Shown: positions 48,412-58,477 of the stretch, piece by piece
Numbering within the stretch: the stretch's first letter is position 1
Layout: the number at the start of each line of letters is the position of its first letter
Assembly (NCBI GenBank): GCA_016181175.1
Contig: JACOZV010000004.1
Span: forward strand, 7,718 to 71,717
DNA: 64,000 bases
Reading direction: 5' to 3'
DNA from: Candidatus Yanofskybacteria bacterium
GTDB lineage: Bacteria > Patescibacteriota > Minisyncoccia > 2-02-FULL-40-12 > IGHO2-01-FULL-4-A
Notes under the pieces: model-generated
What the model was told of the DNA's origin: nothing
The model's database searches: none
Seen by the model: the letters and a program-made list of their open reading frames with translations, nothing else
Position numbers and translations under genes: made by a program

Positions 48412-48905
48412 TAGGGCTTTTGATCGAGTTGAGGACGGAGGCAGGTCGCAACACACCAGAAACTACTTGATAGGTGGGTAAACGCCTTTATGGCCTATGA
48501 CTGAAAGAAGGCTTTTGCTGATCCAGAAGTGGCTATTAAACAGATATGTCAGCTACTGGCCACAATATAGTGAATTAAAAAACTACTTCCCTGGCCTATC
48601 AAAATCTGGCCCTCGGGGTTCTTTGTCTACAAAAGGTTAGAACTGGATAAAAACCGCTTAAACAAAGCACAAAAGGAAGCTCTCGCTTCCCTTCATTCAC
48701 ACTGGCTCGCTTGGCTAACCGCTTTCCGAACAACGGACTGGTCTAAAATCTTCCCATATCCATTGGTTTCTTTGAGGCAGATGCGCTACTTACTCACTTT
48801 AGTGGACTAACTTTTGCCCTCTTTTTTGCCTTTTTGAATAATTTTCGAACCGGACGACTCCAGCCCAAAAAATCGGGTACTTTACTGCTTACAATACTTT
48901 GCATT

Positions 48906-49075
48906 TAGGATCCTTGTTTGCGCGCCGGTTCTTCCTTGATTCGACGAAGTGTTTCGTCGAAGAGAATGGCGAAGGCGTCATCAAGATTACGCTGACCTTC
49001 TTCAGTTAAAGGAAGCTGGTGATAGCGCAGCTCAACAAGTAACGGTTTCTGTTTTCTTTTTTTCTTGGTGGTCAT
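48906..49075 (-). CDS. unlisted small basic protein (56 aa), translationally coupled to the upstream 492-aa gene
   Basis: MTTKKKRKQKPLLVELRYHQLPLTEEGQRNLDDAFAILFDETLRRIKEEPARKQGS. Its ATG lies 6 nt after the upstream stop. Confidence 0.35.
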
Positions 49076-49080
49076 GACAA

Positions 49081-50559
49081 TTACATTACCAACTTCCTAT
49101 ATGCCCCATCTAAAAAAGTGTCTATTGCTCTGATCTGATTATCTCTCCTTAAATCGAGGAGTGTTTTTATATCATCGTCGTCAAGCGCGATGATAAAACC
49201 TCGATCGTCGGACGCTGTATCTTTGCATCGTTGAATGAAGCGCGTCTTGTTGGTAAAACTCCTGCATATTAACAATCCGAATCTGCCACGATTAGTAGAA
49301 AACCTACCGGACAACTGGTCGAGTTCGGGGTTAGCCGGATCAGATGAGTAATTCTTACACTCAACAAAAATATAGCTTGATGGTACTCGCTTGTTCTGCG
49401 GTAATTCCCAAAAGAACCCTTTTTTTGCAGCGTTTTCGAAAACGATATCAACTTTCTTTCTCCTTTCATGTAGCGGCTGCTCCTTTTTCGGATTTATAAG
49501 AAACGGATAAAAAATGGCAGTGAGCGCCCCTTGAATATGGTTATGGAAATTGTCTGCGTCAGCATCACCAGTATCTATACGATCCAGTTCTGCTTTTAGA
49601 GCATCGAAGTCAAAAGCTGGGCGTGCACCTATAGCATCAATGTCTTCGTTACTAATTTCTTCGAGATTGTACTGTTTACTGTCGCGATATCGTCGCAAAA
49701 CTTCCGGATGATCTTTCGAAAAAGTGTAAAGAAATTGCTTCGAATGAGGGTGAAGTTCTTTGAGTGCCTTTTTTGTAGGCGGTCTACGCGTTCCATCTTT
49801 AAGCACCCTCACAAGGGCAGAGTTCGCGCTTAAATGCTCTTCCTGTAAAAAGTTTAGTACGAAATGCTGATAGTATTCCTGATGGCTAAACTCCAAACTA
49901 AAACGCGCAACTGCTTTAGGGACAAGTAAAACATTTCTATCATTACACACCGGAAGATTAACATACTCATTAGTCCATTCATTACGAACCGTATTCCAAA
50001 CAGTGCCGCTTGGTACGTTGTGCATTGTAATACCCCAAAATATACATTCGTTTTGGGTGTACTCGATTAACTTTCCGCGAATAATGTTAGTGGTCATGTC
50101 AGATATCTTGTCATGGCTGATGCCTTCGATAAGAAGTTCGCACTCTTCAAGATCTTTAAGAAACCCAGTTCTTACAGCCGAGCTTTCAGCCAACGCATCA
50201 TATAAATCGTTCGCCTGATCTCCTCCTACACCCCTACCTCTCGGGGATCCTCCAACAGACAAACCAAAACGAGTTTGATTCGGCTCTCGCAATCCTGAAA
50301 GCATGTATTTTGCGTCATCCTTTCTATCGGCTCTGATCAAGTCGATAACTCTTTGAAAAAAATTAACGATCTGATTGTGGCAATCGATTGACCACCTATC
50401 ATTCCGCTTTGAAAGAGCATAAGGATCAATAAACAAAGGAATATCCCCATTATTTATGGGAACATCGACAAAATCGAGTTCGTACTGGCTTTTACCAAGT
50501 CGGAAGTTCTCCGAAAAGGTTTCGTATCTTCTTGGTTGTTGTGTTCTTTGTCTTGGCAT
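49081..50559 (-). CDS. large hypothetical protein with a C-terminal PD-(D/E)xK-type nuclease motif
   Basis: ...KKVDIVFENAAKKGFFWELPQNKRVPSSYIFVECKNYS...GRFGLLICRSF fits D-x(n)-E-x-K with a downstream Q/R. No other recognisable domain. It is the last large gene of the type I R-M operon. Confidence 0.5.
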   Translation of the reverse strand: MPRQRTQQPRRYETFSENFRLGKSQYELDFVDVPINNGDIPLFIDPYALSKRNDRWSIDCHNQIVNFFQRVIDLIRADRKDDAKYMLSGLREPNQTRFGLSVGGSPRGRGVGGDQANDLYDALAESSAVRTGFLKDLEECELLIEGISHDKISDMTTNIIRGKLIEYTQNECIFWGITMHNVPSGTVWNTVRNEWTNEYVNLPVCNDRNVLLVPKAVARFSLEFSHQEYYQHFVLNFLQEEHLSANSALVRVLKDGTRRPPTKKALKELHPHSKQFLYTFSKDHPEVLRRYRDSKQYNLEEISNEDIDAIGARPAFDFDALKAELDRIDTGDADADNFHNHIQGALTAIFYPFLINPKKEQPLHERRKKVDIVFENAAKKGFFWELPQNKRVPSSYIFVECKNYSSDPANPELDQLSGRFSTNRGRFGLLICRSFTNKTRFIQRCKDTASDDRGFIIALDDDDIKTLLDLRRDNQIRAIDTFLDGAYRKLVM

Positions 50560-50567
50560 GGTTCATG

Positions 50568-52250
50568 CTATTTGATCAATTTCTTATTCCAGCCCTTTGA
50601 TTTGATGAACTTGAGCGTGCCTTCGATTTCGGCTTTCCTAAACTTGTTTGGTTTCCATGCTTGAATCTTGTCATTGATCGTTGTGAGATCGTCGCTTTTT
50701 GCATCCTGCACAACCTTGCAGACGGTTGCCAAGCACTCAATTTGAGCGCTGGTGGAGTTTTTAATTGCCGGCATAAGATCATTAAGGACGGACTCCATGT
50801 TGCTCAAGATTTTTGAGTTGTATTTGAAGAGTTTACCGGAGTTAGCGCCTAAACCATAGACGCCGTTTTTTTGCTGAAAGAAGCCATTGCGAGGACTTGC
50901 GCCGGCGGTGATGGCTTTCTTAATCTGTAGATCGTAGGGGCCGAAGTTCTGCGAGGTAAAGCTGAAGCCGAGCGGTACCCTGTAAACTTCCTGCGCGAGA
51001 TATAAGAGCTTCGCCACAACCATTTCACCACGTTCAAAACGTTGCAACACCGCTCCGATGGCTTGCCACACCGGAAAGACACTTGCTTTGACAGGAACAG
51101 CAGCCACGCCCTCTTTTACCAACTCACCAGCAAGCGCTTTTGACAAGGCGGAATCAAAAAGTTCCTTCAGCTTCTCTTTTTGAACGAGAAGTCCTTTTTT
51201 ATACTCTTTAATAGCACTAAACCTCTCGGCAATGGCATGCTGGTCTGTCGTTGGTGGTACCATGATTTTTATTTTTTTAAGTGCGGTAGAGTTTACTGCG
51301 GCTTGATTTACCCACGGCGTGCATAGATAACGAAATCTATCGGTTGAATATAAGTATTGAAGATATATAGAGAAGTAGCGCGGATCTAATACTTTTTCGT
51401 TTGTGCGAATCCGAGTGATGTGATTTGAAAAGACATACTTGTAATCCTTGTCTATGTAAACGCTTTTTCCAACTAAACTAATACTGTTTGTATTATTAAA
51501 TAGGACATCACCACTCTTCAGGAAATAAGTTTCCGCATGTGGGTAATCCTGTGGAATATACTTGATGCTATCAAAGTTCAAACTACCGTCATCGCCGATA
51601 TTATTAGGTCTGATTTGTCCAATACCCTTCCCAACCGGACGGAAGGCAAAACCATTCGTAACATCGACTACTAACGCACCGATCTTTTCTTCCTTCCAGC
51701 TTTTTGACGATGATCCAAAAATCTTATTCAAAAGCGACTGAAAAAGCTGATCTGTTTTTTCAATAAGCGCATCATTGAGTTTTTGGGCTTCGCGGATAGA
51801 ATCAACACGTTCTGCAATTGCTTGTTGGGTATTTAAAGACGGCATTGGTACTCGTAAATTTTCAAGGAAGGTTCTATTCAAATGTGGTACTGCCGCTCCT
51901 TGCGCTGCTGATCTAATTTTTTGCTGATTAAATTGCAAAAGGTAAGCAAGGTATCGACTTTCCAGTGTTTCGTTATGAACCACTTTAGCAATCGTGGAAC
52001 CAACAAATCCTCTTAAACCGATACCAACGGTGCCGGCATAAGCACCATCCCAAACCAATAAAACATCGTCATTGTCGCATCGAACTCCGTTATTTTCTGA
52101 AGTGTAAAGCGTATATTGACCACTTCTTAAATTTTCAATGCCAATATAAGGCAAGGTGTCCTTTGCGGCTTCTGCTGCGGAAATCATCATTTTACCTTTC
52201 GCAAAAGAAATAAGTTCGCCTAATTTTTTTGTTTGATAATTACTTTGCAT
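50568..52250 (-). CDS. hsdS: type I restriction-modification specificity subunit HsdS (two TRDs) with a 180-aa C-terminal Panacea/DUF4065-like extension
   Basis: The N-terminus and central conserved region are typical HsdS (LGELISFAKG...IGIENL...; central NTQQAIAERVDSIREAQKLNDALIEKTDQLFQSLLNKIFG; distal HAIAERFSAIKEYKKGLLVQKEKLKELFDSAL). After about aa 380 an extra domain carries KLLYLAQEVYRVPLGFSFTSQNFGPY. Confidence 0.75.
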   Translation of the reverse strand: MQSNYQTKKLGELISFAKGKMMISAAEAAKDTLPYIGIENLRSGQYTLYTSENNGVRCDNDDVLLVWDGAYAGTVGIGLRGFVGSTIAKVVHNETLESRYLAYLLQFNQQKIRSAAQGAAVPHLNRTFLENLRVPMPSLNTQQAIAERVDSIREAQKLNDALIEKTDQLFQSLLNKIFGSSSKSWKEEKIGALVVDVTNGFAFRPVGKGIGQIRPNNIGDDGSLNFDSIKYIPQDYPHAETYFLKSGDVLFNNTNSISLVGKSVYIDKDYKYVFSNHITRIRTNEKVLDPRYFSIYLQYLYSTDRFRYLCTPWVNQAAVNSTALKKIKIMVPPTTDQHAIAERFSAIKEYKKGLLVQKEKLKELFDSALSKALAGELVKEGVAAVPVKASVFPVWQAIGAVLQRFERGEMVVAKLLYLAQEVYRVPLGFSFTSQNFGPYDLQIKKAITAGASPRNGFFQQKNGVYGLGANSGKLFKYNSKILSNMESVLNDLMPAIKNSTSAQIECLATVCKVVQDAKSDDLTTINDKIQAWKPNKFRKAEIEGTLKFIKSKGWNKKLIK

Positions 52251-52869
52251 AAGAATGCGCAGAGTATTGAATTCTACCTACGCGGTTTAATAAGCGCGTA
52301 TCCCGAACTTTTAAGTTTTCACCATCTTTATCGAATGGCCTTATTTCTGCTTTCCAAATAGATCTACAAAAAACAGTGTTCTGATCATTCATATATGTAA
52401 TTTCTAAACATACTGGTATCGCAAATTCAGCCATTTCATACCATTCTCTAAAATTTTTTATGAGTTGAAGTTTGATTCTAAATGACTCATCCTCTGTGGT
52501 CTGATAGAGGGGCACCTTATGATATCTTTCTTCTGCGATGGGCATACCGGTCGCTTTGGGTTGGGAGATATTAAAAGCCGATCCGCGACCAGAATTGAAA
52601 CAGTCAAACTCTATGGAAAAAACTATTTCAAAATGATTCGCATCAGCACGGATTATGCTTCCGGCATCCATCACACCATATCCATGCTCTACTTCACTAT
52701 GTCTAACCCCAACCCATATTCTTAATGGACGCAAAATTAAGCTGGGTACTGTACTTAATGCAGAATTCCAATCTGCTTTTCTGATAGCTTTTATCGAAAT
52801 CCACAGTGAAACAACTGCGGTTATCCCGACTAAAATATCTGCCGTTTTAGAAATTATTTCAAAATTCAT
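52240..52869 (-). CDS. hypothetical protein with N-terminal TM helix, embedded between hsdM and hsdS
   Basis: MNFEIISKTADILVGITAVVSLWISIKAI... It overlaps the hsdS start by 11 nt and begins 7 nt after the hsdM stop. Confidence 0.5.
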   Translation of the reverse strand: MNFEIISKTADILVGITAVVSLWISIKAIRKADWNSALSTVPSLILRPLRIWVGVRHSEVEHGYGVMDAGSIIRADANHFEIVFSIEFDCFNSGRGSAFNISQPKATGMPIAEERYHKVPLYQTTEDESFRIKLQLIKNFREWYEMAEFAIPVCLEITYMNDQNTVFCRSIWKAEIRPFDKDGENLKVRDTRLLNRVGRIQYSAHSYAK

Positions 52870-52875
52870 AATCTT

Positions 52876-54405
52876 TTATCCCAGTTTATCTGTCATCTCT
52901 TCTTGTAATTTTGTTAGATCTTTATTGATTTTCTCAATTTCTTTCAAAATAATTTTTGGCTCGCGGTGTTTTATCTCTTCTCCGATAGCATATGGGTTAT
53001 AAGTGTTTGCAGAAAGTATGTAATCATTTTCGATGATTTCTTTAACTGGCGTAAACCATGCAAGCTGTTTTTCAACTGCGCGGTTTTTATGCCAGAGTTC
53101 CAACAGCTTCGGAATATCATTTCTATATTGGCTGCCGAATTTTTTGGATGCTGAAAGCGATGAACCATCACCTTGCATATCAAAGAACCATACCTTTGCA
53201 GATTCATCGAGTTTCGGCACCGCCTTTTTTTTGAACACCAAGAAGGACGTTTTTACGCCGGCATACGGCTGAAACACGCCTGCCGGCATGGAAACAACCG
53301 CCTGTAAGTCCGTATTTTCAAGTAGAAAACGGCGGATCTCTTTATCATCGCGGTTGGTACCAAAAAATGAACCTTCGGGAAGGATTATGCCGGCTCTGCC
53401 ATTGGGCTTGAGCGAGTTTATAACATGACCCAAAAATAGAACCTGTGTTTTGGTTGATTTGACCGGCAAGGTTGGTTTTATACGTTCCCGATCAACCTTT
53501 CCAGAGAATGGTGGATTTGTAAGGACAATATCGAATGTGCGCAGATCATCCTCATCTTCAGATCCAGCAACCGTGTCTTTGCGCTTAATGTTCGCACTCT
53601 CTATGCCATGTAATATCAAATTCATAAGTGCTAACCGCACCATCTCCGGATCAACATCAGAACCCAAAAAGGTTTTTTTGGTTAGAAATTCCCACTGTTT
53701 TTTATCGAGCTTATCTCCAAACCCCCTCTTGTGTCCATTTTCCTCTTCAATGCTTTTGGGATCGCTATTTCTTAATCGGATCCAATCATAGCCGGAGATG
53801 AGGAAGCCACCAGAACCACACGCAGGATCATAAACAGTTTCGCCAATTTTTGGATTCACCATTTCAACTATGACGCGAACGATATGACGCGGAGTGAGAA
53901 ATTGTCCAAGTTCGCCGGCTGATTCAATACTTGCAAGCAGCTCTTCATAAAGATCGCCCTTAACATCTGTGTCTAATCCTGTTAAATTGATCGTGTCAAT
54001 AATTTCAATCGTGTTTTTTAATGTAACAGAATGGGGAATTTCGAGCTTCGCATCATAAAAAATTTGCCGTATGTTAGAGTGTCCATTTTGCAATCGCTCC
54101 ACAAAGGGAAATACCTCATCACGAACAATTTTATACAATTCATCGCCAGCTTTTTCTTTCCAGCGCGACCATCGGAATTTTTCGTTTTTGCCCTCGAAAA
54201 TTGATTTATGTTTACGCCCAGTAAGTTCTTCGCCTCTCTCCATAGAAATATCCTGTTCCTCAAGCATTTTCAAAAAAAACAAAAAGCTAATCTGCTGGAT
54301 CCTTCTCACAGGGTCTCGTAAACCTGCACCCCAAAGATAATCGTTCAGGCGATCTAATTTTTGGCGAAACTCTATTCTTAATTGTTGTATTTTTTGTTCG
54401 GGCAT
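52876..54405 (-). CDS. hsdM: type I restriction-modification N6-adenine DNA methyltransferase subunit
   Basis: NPPFSGKV catalytic motif, AdoMet site DPACGSGGFL, HsdM N-terminal domain. Confidence 0.85.
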   Translation of the reverse strand: MPEQKIQQLRIEFRQKLDRLNDYLWGAGLRDPVRRIQQISFLFFLKMLEEQDISMERGEELTGRKHKSIFEGKNEKFRWSRWKEKAGDELYKIVRDEVFPFVERLQNGHSNIRQIFYDAKLEIPHSVTLKNTIEIIDTINLTGLDTDVKGDLYEELLASIESAGELGQFLTPRHIVRVIVEMVNPKIGETVYDPACGSGGFLISGYDWIRLRNSDPKSIEEENGHKRGFGDKLDKKQWEFLTKKTFLGSDVDPEMVRLALMNLILHGIESANIKRKDTVAGSEDEDDLRTFDIVLTNPPFSGKVDRERIKPTLPVKSTKTQVLFLGHVINSLKPNGRAGIILPEGSFFGTNRDDKEIRRFLLENTDLQAVVSMPAGVFQPYAGVKTSFLVFKKKAVPKLDESAKVWFFDMQGDGSSLSASKKFGSQYRNDIPKLLELWHKNRAVEKQLAWFTPVKEIIENDYILSANTYNPYAIGEEIKHREPKIILKEIEKINKDLTKLQEEMTDKLG

Positions 54406-54407
54406 AG

Positions 54408-56663
54408 TTATCGTGTACAGATCCTTTGGTTAAGCTCCGAGAGAGCGGATTGTAAAACACCTTCCTCAAACACTCGCAACGCATAATTAAGACCACCGAT
54501 TTGCCGGAAGATCGGCTCGTTGAATATGGAAATATCAACCGGCTCTTTGCGAACGATACATTGCGACTTTACCAAACGCAGGATTTTTATTTGATCGGAT
54601 GCAAAGTTTTTCTCGATTAGCCATGATTCAAAAAGCTGATTTACACGCTGCTCATGTAGTTGCTCTTCTGTAGGGAACTCCTTTGTTTTGAGTGCTGCTT
54701 GTATGAAGTCATTGAGCGTGCCTACCGGATAGCGATATGCTTCTCGCAAGTTTGCTTCGTTAAAATAGAACTCCGGAGAATTAAGTTTTTCGGAAAGGAA
54801 GGCGGTTTCGTCATTTGAAAGATCTTCGCCTTGTTTAACTTTTGAAATAAGCGGCTCGGTTTTAGCCATCTCTTGAACTTGCTGCTCCCATGCCACCTGA
54901 TAATCATCGGCATCAATTCTTTCGCCTTCTGCTCCAACTTCGATATGCGCACGCTGCATAACCACGTCCATGTTTTCGGGTGCTGTTTCCGGCACTTGAA
55001 CAAAAAGTCGCTTCACCACTTCTTCCTCTTCCTGCGTTAAATCTTCAGCTTCGGTTCCCCACGGAATACCAGCTTTAATTTTTGCATAGGCAGAATACGG
55101 ATCAAATCCTTCGTCATTGAAGTAACGAGTAACGCCAGCAAAGTCATAAATACGAAAAGATGTTTTGCTGATTTTTTGATATAATCGGCTGCCACGTCCT
55201 CGCATCTGTTGGTAAAGGATCGGGGAACGTGTAGGACGCGCCATGATCAAGTTTTCTACCATTGGGACATCGATGCCGGTATCCATCATACCCACCGAAA
55301 CCGCTACCATCGGCATTTCTTGGTGCTTAAAACGTCTTATGGCTCCACGAGGATCTTCGGTATCGGAAGTAATAACTTCAGCGTATCTTCCCTTATATTC
55401 CGGATATGTCTGATTGAGATAATACGCCAATTGCGCAGCGTGTTTTTTCGTAACAGCATAAAGAATGGTTTTGCGATGGTGTTTTGGTTCATGCTTTTCT
55501 TCTTCCTCTCTGAATGTTTTTGCCAATTGCTCGTTTCTTGCCGGCACATTGATTTTTCTCTCCAAATCTTCGGCGTTGTAATCTTCACCCTCAAATTGCA
55601 CACCTTCTAAAGACACTTTGGTGTCGATCTGTAAGATCTCATAACCAGCAAGAAATCCCTCTTTGATGCCTCGTCGAATACTGTATAGAAATGTCGGTTT
55701 ACCCTTTTTTTCACGCTCATCCCAACAACCAAAGAGCTTATAGGTGTTACGATCAATAAACACACTCGGCGTTGCTGTAAGACCTATCCGGATTGCGTCA
55801 AAATGCGATAGGACAGCGTTGTAGATGCCGAAGATGGATCTATGTGCTTCGTCCGAGATAACCACATCAAAATAACCACTTGTAAAATTCGATAGTTGCG
55901 AATAAAGAGTGGGAAGTGTCGAGATGATTATTGAGGATTCGTCTTTTTGCTTGCCTCCGTAAAGAAGCTTTGTAGGATAATCTTTCAAAATTTCATCAAA
56001 AACTTCCTTTGTTTGTATGCCTAAATCAATGCGATCAACAAGAAATAAAACACGCCGGATGAGATTCGCTTCAAACAGCCGTTTGAGATAAAGAGCTATG
56101 GTATCTGTCTTGCCAGTGCCGGTTGCCATAGCGATGAGCATTTTGCGCAAACCGCCCTCAATGGTTTTGTCCATGATCTGCATGGCCTCCTTTTGATATG
56201 GGCGTGGTGTGCGTAATTCGCCACCTTTAAAATAATTGTCGGGTACAGGAATGGCGGTTATCGGCTTTTGATCTATTCGTAGGGTTTGGATTTTTTCTAA
56301 ATCGCGTTGAGAAAAGAAGGTAATTACCTTTTGCTCTGGACGATATTTGTAATCCCAAAAATAAATATCCTCTCCATTGGAAAGGAAAATGAAATCGATA
56401 CCCAGCTCTTCTGCGTAGGTCAATGCCTGCTGTTTTGCCAATACTGGTTCAGTTGAAAACCGCTTTGCTTCGATAAGCCCGATGGCTCTGCCGCGTCTAT
56501 CCCTCAAGAAATAATCGGCACGTCCATCCTTCACCGGATCTTCGGTTGAAACTTGATTTTTATCCTCAATATCCCAGCCAGCTTCGCGGAGTTTGCGATC
56601 GATGACAATGCGAGCGTCCGTTTCTCTTGAGTTGTTATTGTTATTTGTCATATTCATTTTCAT
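54408..56663 (-). CDS. hsdR: type I restriction enzyme R subunit (short form: N-terminal PD-(D/E)xK nuclease + SF2 helicase)
   Basis: DYFL...IGLIEAKR nuclease core; MATGTGKT Walker A; DEAH box (VVISDEAH). Its stop overlaps the hsdM start (ATGA). Confidence 0.8.
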   Translation of the reverse strand: MKMNMTNNNNNSRETDARIVIDRKLREAGWDIEDKNQVSTEDPVKDGRADYFLRDRRGRAIGLIEAKRFSTEPVLAKQQALTYAEELGIDFIFLSNGEDIYFWDYKYRPEQKVITFFSQRDLEKIQTLRIDQKPITAIPVPDNYFKGGELRTPRPYQKEAMQIMDKTIEGGLRKMLIAMATGTGKTDTIALYLKRLFEANLIRRVLFLVDRIDLGIQTKEVFDEILKDYPTKLLYGGKQKDESSIIISTLPTLYSQLSNFTSGYFDVVISDEAHRSIFGIYNAVLSHFDAIRIGLTATPSVFIDRNTYKLFGCWDEREKKGKPTFLYSIRRGIKEGFLAGYEILQIDTKVSLEGVQFEGEDYNAEDLERKINVPARNEQLAKTFREEEEKHEPKHHRKTILYAVTKKHAAQLAYYLNQTYPEYKGRYAEVITSDTEDPRGAIRRFKHQEMPMVAVSVGMMDTGIDVPMVENLIMARPTRSPILYQQMRGRGSRLYQKISKTSFRIYDFAGVTRYFNDEGFDPYSAYAKIKAGIPWGTEAEDLTQEEEEVVKRLFVQVPETAPENMDVVMQRAHIEVGAEGERIDADDYQVAWEQQVQEMAKTEPLISKVKQGEDLSNDETAFLSEKLNSPEFYFNEANLREAYRYPVGTLNDFIQAALKTKEFPTEEQLHEQRVNQLFESWLIEKNFASDQIKILRLVKSQCIVRKEPVDISIFNEPIFRQIGGLNYALRVFEEGVLQSALSELNQRICTR

Positions 56664-56676
56664 TCTTGAGCTTGAT

Positions 56677-58476
56677 CTATAAATTCTCGTAATACCCCCT
56701 GATCTTTTTCGCCATGAGTTTGCGGCGTTCCTTCAAAAACCTTTCGTAATCCCCAAGCTCCATATTCTGAAAGCCATCCGGTATGCAATTCTGTTTTAGG
56801 TTCTCGGCGAGATCTTTTTTATCGGTTATGCCGCCATACTTGAGCTTGCCTCCTTCGGTTTGTTTCATTACTTCAGCCATGTACTCTTTGGGAGATTTTT
56901 TGCCGACTTTGATATTTATTTCAGATTGAGCATAAGTAAAGTTGCCAATCTGGTTGTAATCGCCCCTACTTAAGCCGCCTGCTTTCTTCAGGTATTCCTT
57001 TGGAAAGAGATGATGGATGTCGCCGCGATGACTGATCATATTACCAACGGTAATGTCGGTTGAAAGAAAGCCCCTGTCGTTATTTTTAACCTGTGCCGCA
57101 AAAAAAAGATTGAGAAATGGATTGCTGATGCTCGCCTTATCGAGTTCCTGAATAAGCTGCGCGTTCCAAAAAGCATCGGAGAGTTGCGCTTCTTCGATTG
57201 ATTTCAAAATCTCGCCAGCATCGCCATTGGAAATCTGCTTAATATCCGAATCAAATTGGCTTTCCGGTGATCCGGAATAACGTCCGGTGAGGATAGACAT
57301 CACAAACCAGCGTTGGACATACTTTTCGATCAAGCTTGGATCGACACTCTTATCGCGCAGCTTGAGATATAAAATATAGGCAAAGTTAAGAGCGTTTTGC
57401 GAATTGATAAGGTCGTTGCTTATAAAGCCGCAGGATTTGATGATCATTACAAACCGCTTGAAGTTTGTTTCATTTACAAAATCCAGTACCGCATCACGGA
57501 GTTTTTGGAAAGACGCATCCATTATGTCTTGCTCAAAACTGCGTGTTTCAAAGTTACGCCCCGAAAGCAGTCCGACAAGATCCGCCATCTTGCCTCGTTC
57601 AAATTGTTTGGTGAAACTCACACGCAACACATCGGAATAATCCGGATCGTAGAGGTCGTCATTTTCATCTTTAAGCCATGCAAGTTTTGAAAGGTAAACA
57701 GTTTTGTTAAACTCTGCATCATTTTCAGTTATGTGTTTGTAAAACTGCGGCTCGCGCGCAAGATGGCAAAAATAGTCGACACACTTTCTTAAATTAACGC
57801 CGAAATTATCCTCCTTGTCATAAGAAGCTATCTTCGACATGGCAAAGTCAGCTTGGCTTAATACAACACCTTTGGAATTGATACGGATAAAAATCTCGGT
57901 AACCGTTTCAATATCTAAACCGGCATCAAGTTCAATAAAACCAACCTGCTTGCTTTTGATCTGTAATAACTTCTCAATGTTCTTTTCAATGAGTTCACGA
58001 TTTACGTCAAGATTTTTGTCGCAATAGTCAGTTACATCTTTGAATAAGCCGCCGTCCTTACTCATAAGTTTTGAGATGTCAGCTATCCACGCCTTGTCCT
58101 TTTTTATTGCCGGTGTGAGTGTGGCAAATTCTTCTATGATGGGGTGAAATGCAATATAGATCCGTTCCTCCTTATAATCTTTATTGATAATGTTTTGACC
58201 GAGAATTGCCGCACGGAGAGCGGTAATGCGTTGCTGTCCGTCAATCAAGACCTTTTTGCCGTTGGAAATGGAGCCATCTTTAAGACGAACATCGGGGTTT
58301 TTCCATGCAATGATATAGCCGATCGGATAGCCACGATAAAGCGAATCCATCAGATCGCGCACCTTTGTCGAATCCCAAACAAACGGACGCTGGATTTCCG
58401 GTATAGCGATTTCCTTTTCCTGAACCCAATTCAGGATATTGCTCACAAAGTATTGATTGACTGTGTATTTTTGCAT
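56677..58476 (-). CDS. GmrSD-family type IV restriction enzyme (DUF262 ParB-like N domain + DUF1524 HNH-like C domain)
   Basis: IPEIQRPFVWDSTKVRDLMDSLYRGYPIGYII...LIDGQQRITAL is DUF262. The C-terminus GDIHHLFPKEYL is DUF1524. I take the start at MQKYTV (58476). The ORF call to 58638 reads through an HTH gene in another frame. Confidence 0.75.
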   Translation of the reverse strand: MQKYTVNQYFVSNILNWVQEKEIAIPEIQRPFVWDSTKVRDLMDSLYRGYPIGYIIAWKNPDVRLKDGSISNGKKVLIDGQQRITALRAAILGQNIINKDYKEERIYIAFHPIIEEFATLTPAIKKDKAWIADISKLMSKDGGLFKDVTDYCDKNLDVNRELIEKNIEKLLQIKSKQVGFIELDAGLDIETVTEIFIRINSKGVVLSQADFAMSKIASYDKEDNFGVNLRKCVDYFCHLAREPQFYKHITENDAEFNKTVYLSKLAWLKDENDDLYDPDYSDVLRVSFTKQFERGKMADLVGLLSGRNFETRSFEQDIMDASFQKLRDAVLDFVNETNFKRFVMIIKSCGFISNDLINSQNALNFAYILYLKLRDKSVDPSLIEKYVQRWFVMSILTGRYSGSPESQFDSDIKQISNGDAGEILKSIEEAQLSDAFWNAQLIQELDKASISNPFLNLFFAAQVKNNDRGFLSTDITVGNMISHRGDIHHLFPKEYLKKAGGLSRGDYNQIGNFTYAQSEINIKVGKKSPKEYMAEVMKQTEGGKLKYGGITDKKDLAENLKQNCIPDGFQNMELGDYERFLKERRKLMAKKIRGYYENL

Positions 58477-58477
58477 A

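Noticed and set aside
48457-48905. Possible plus-strand gene in the ORF-free stretch left of the island
   Set aside because: Every frame is interrupted by stops (e.g. ...SKSGPRGSLSTKG*). I treat it as a decayed remnant or junction, not a gene.
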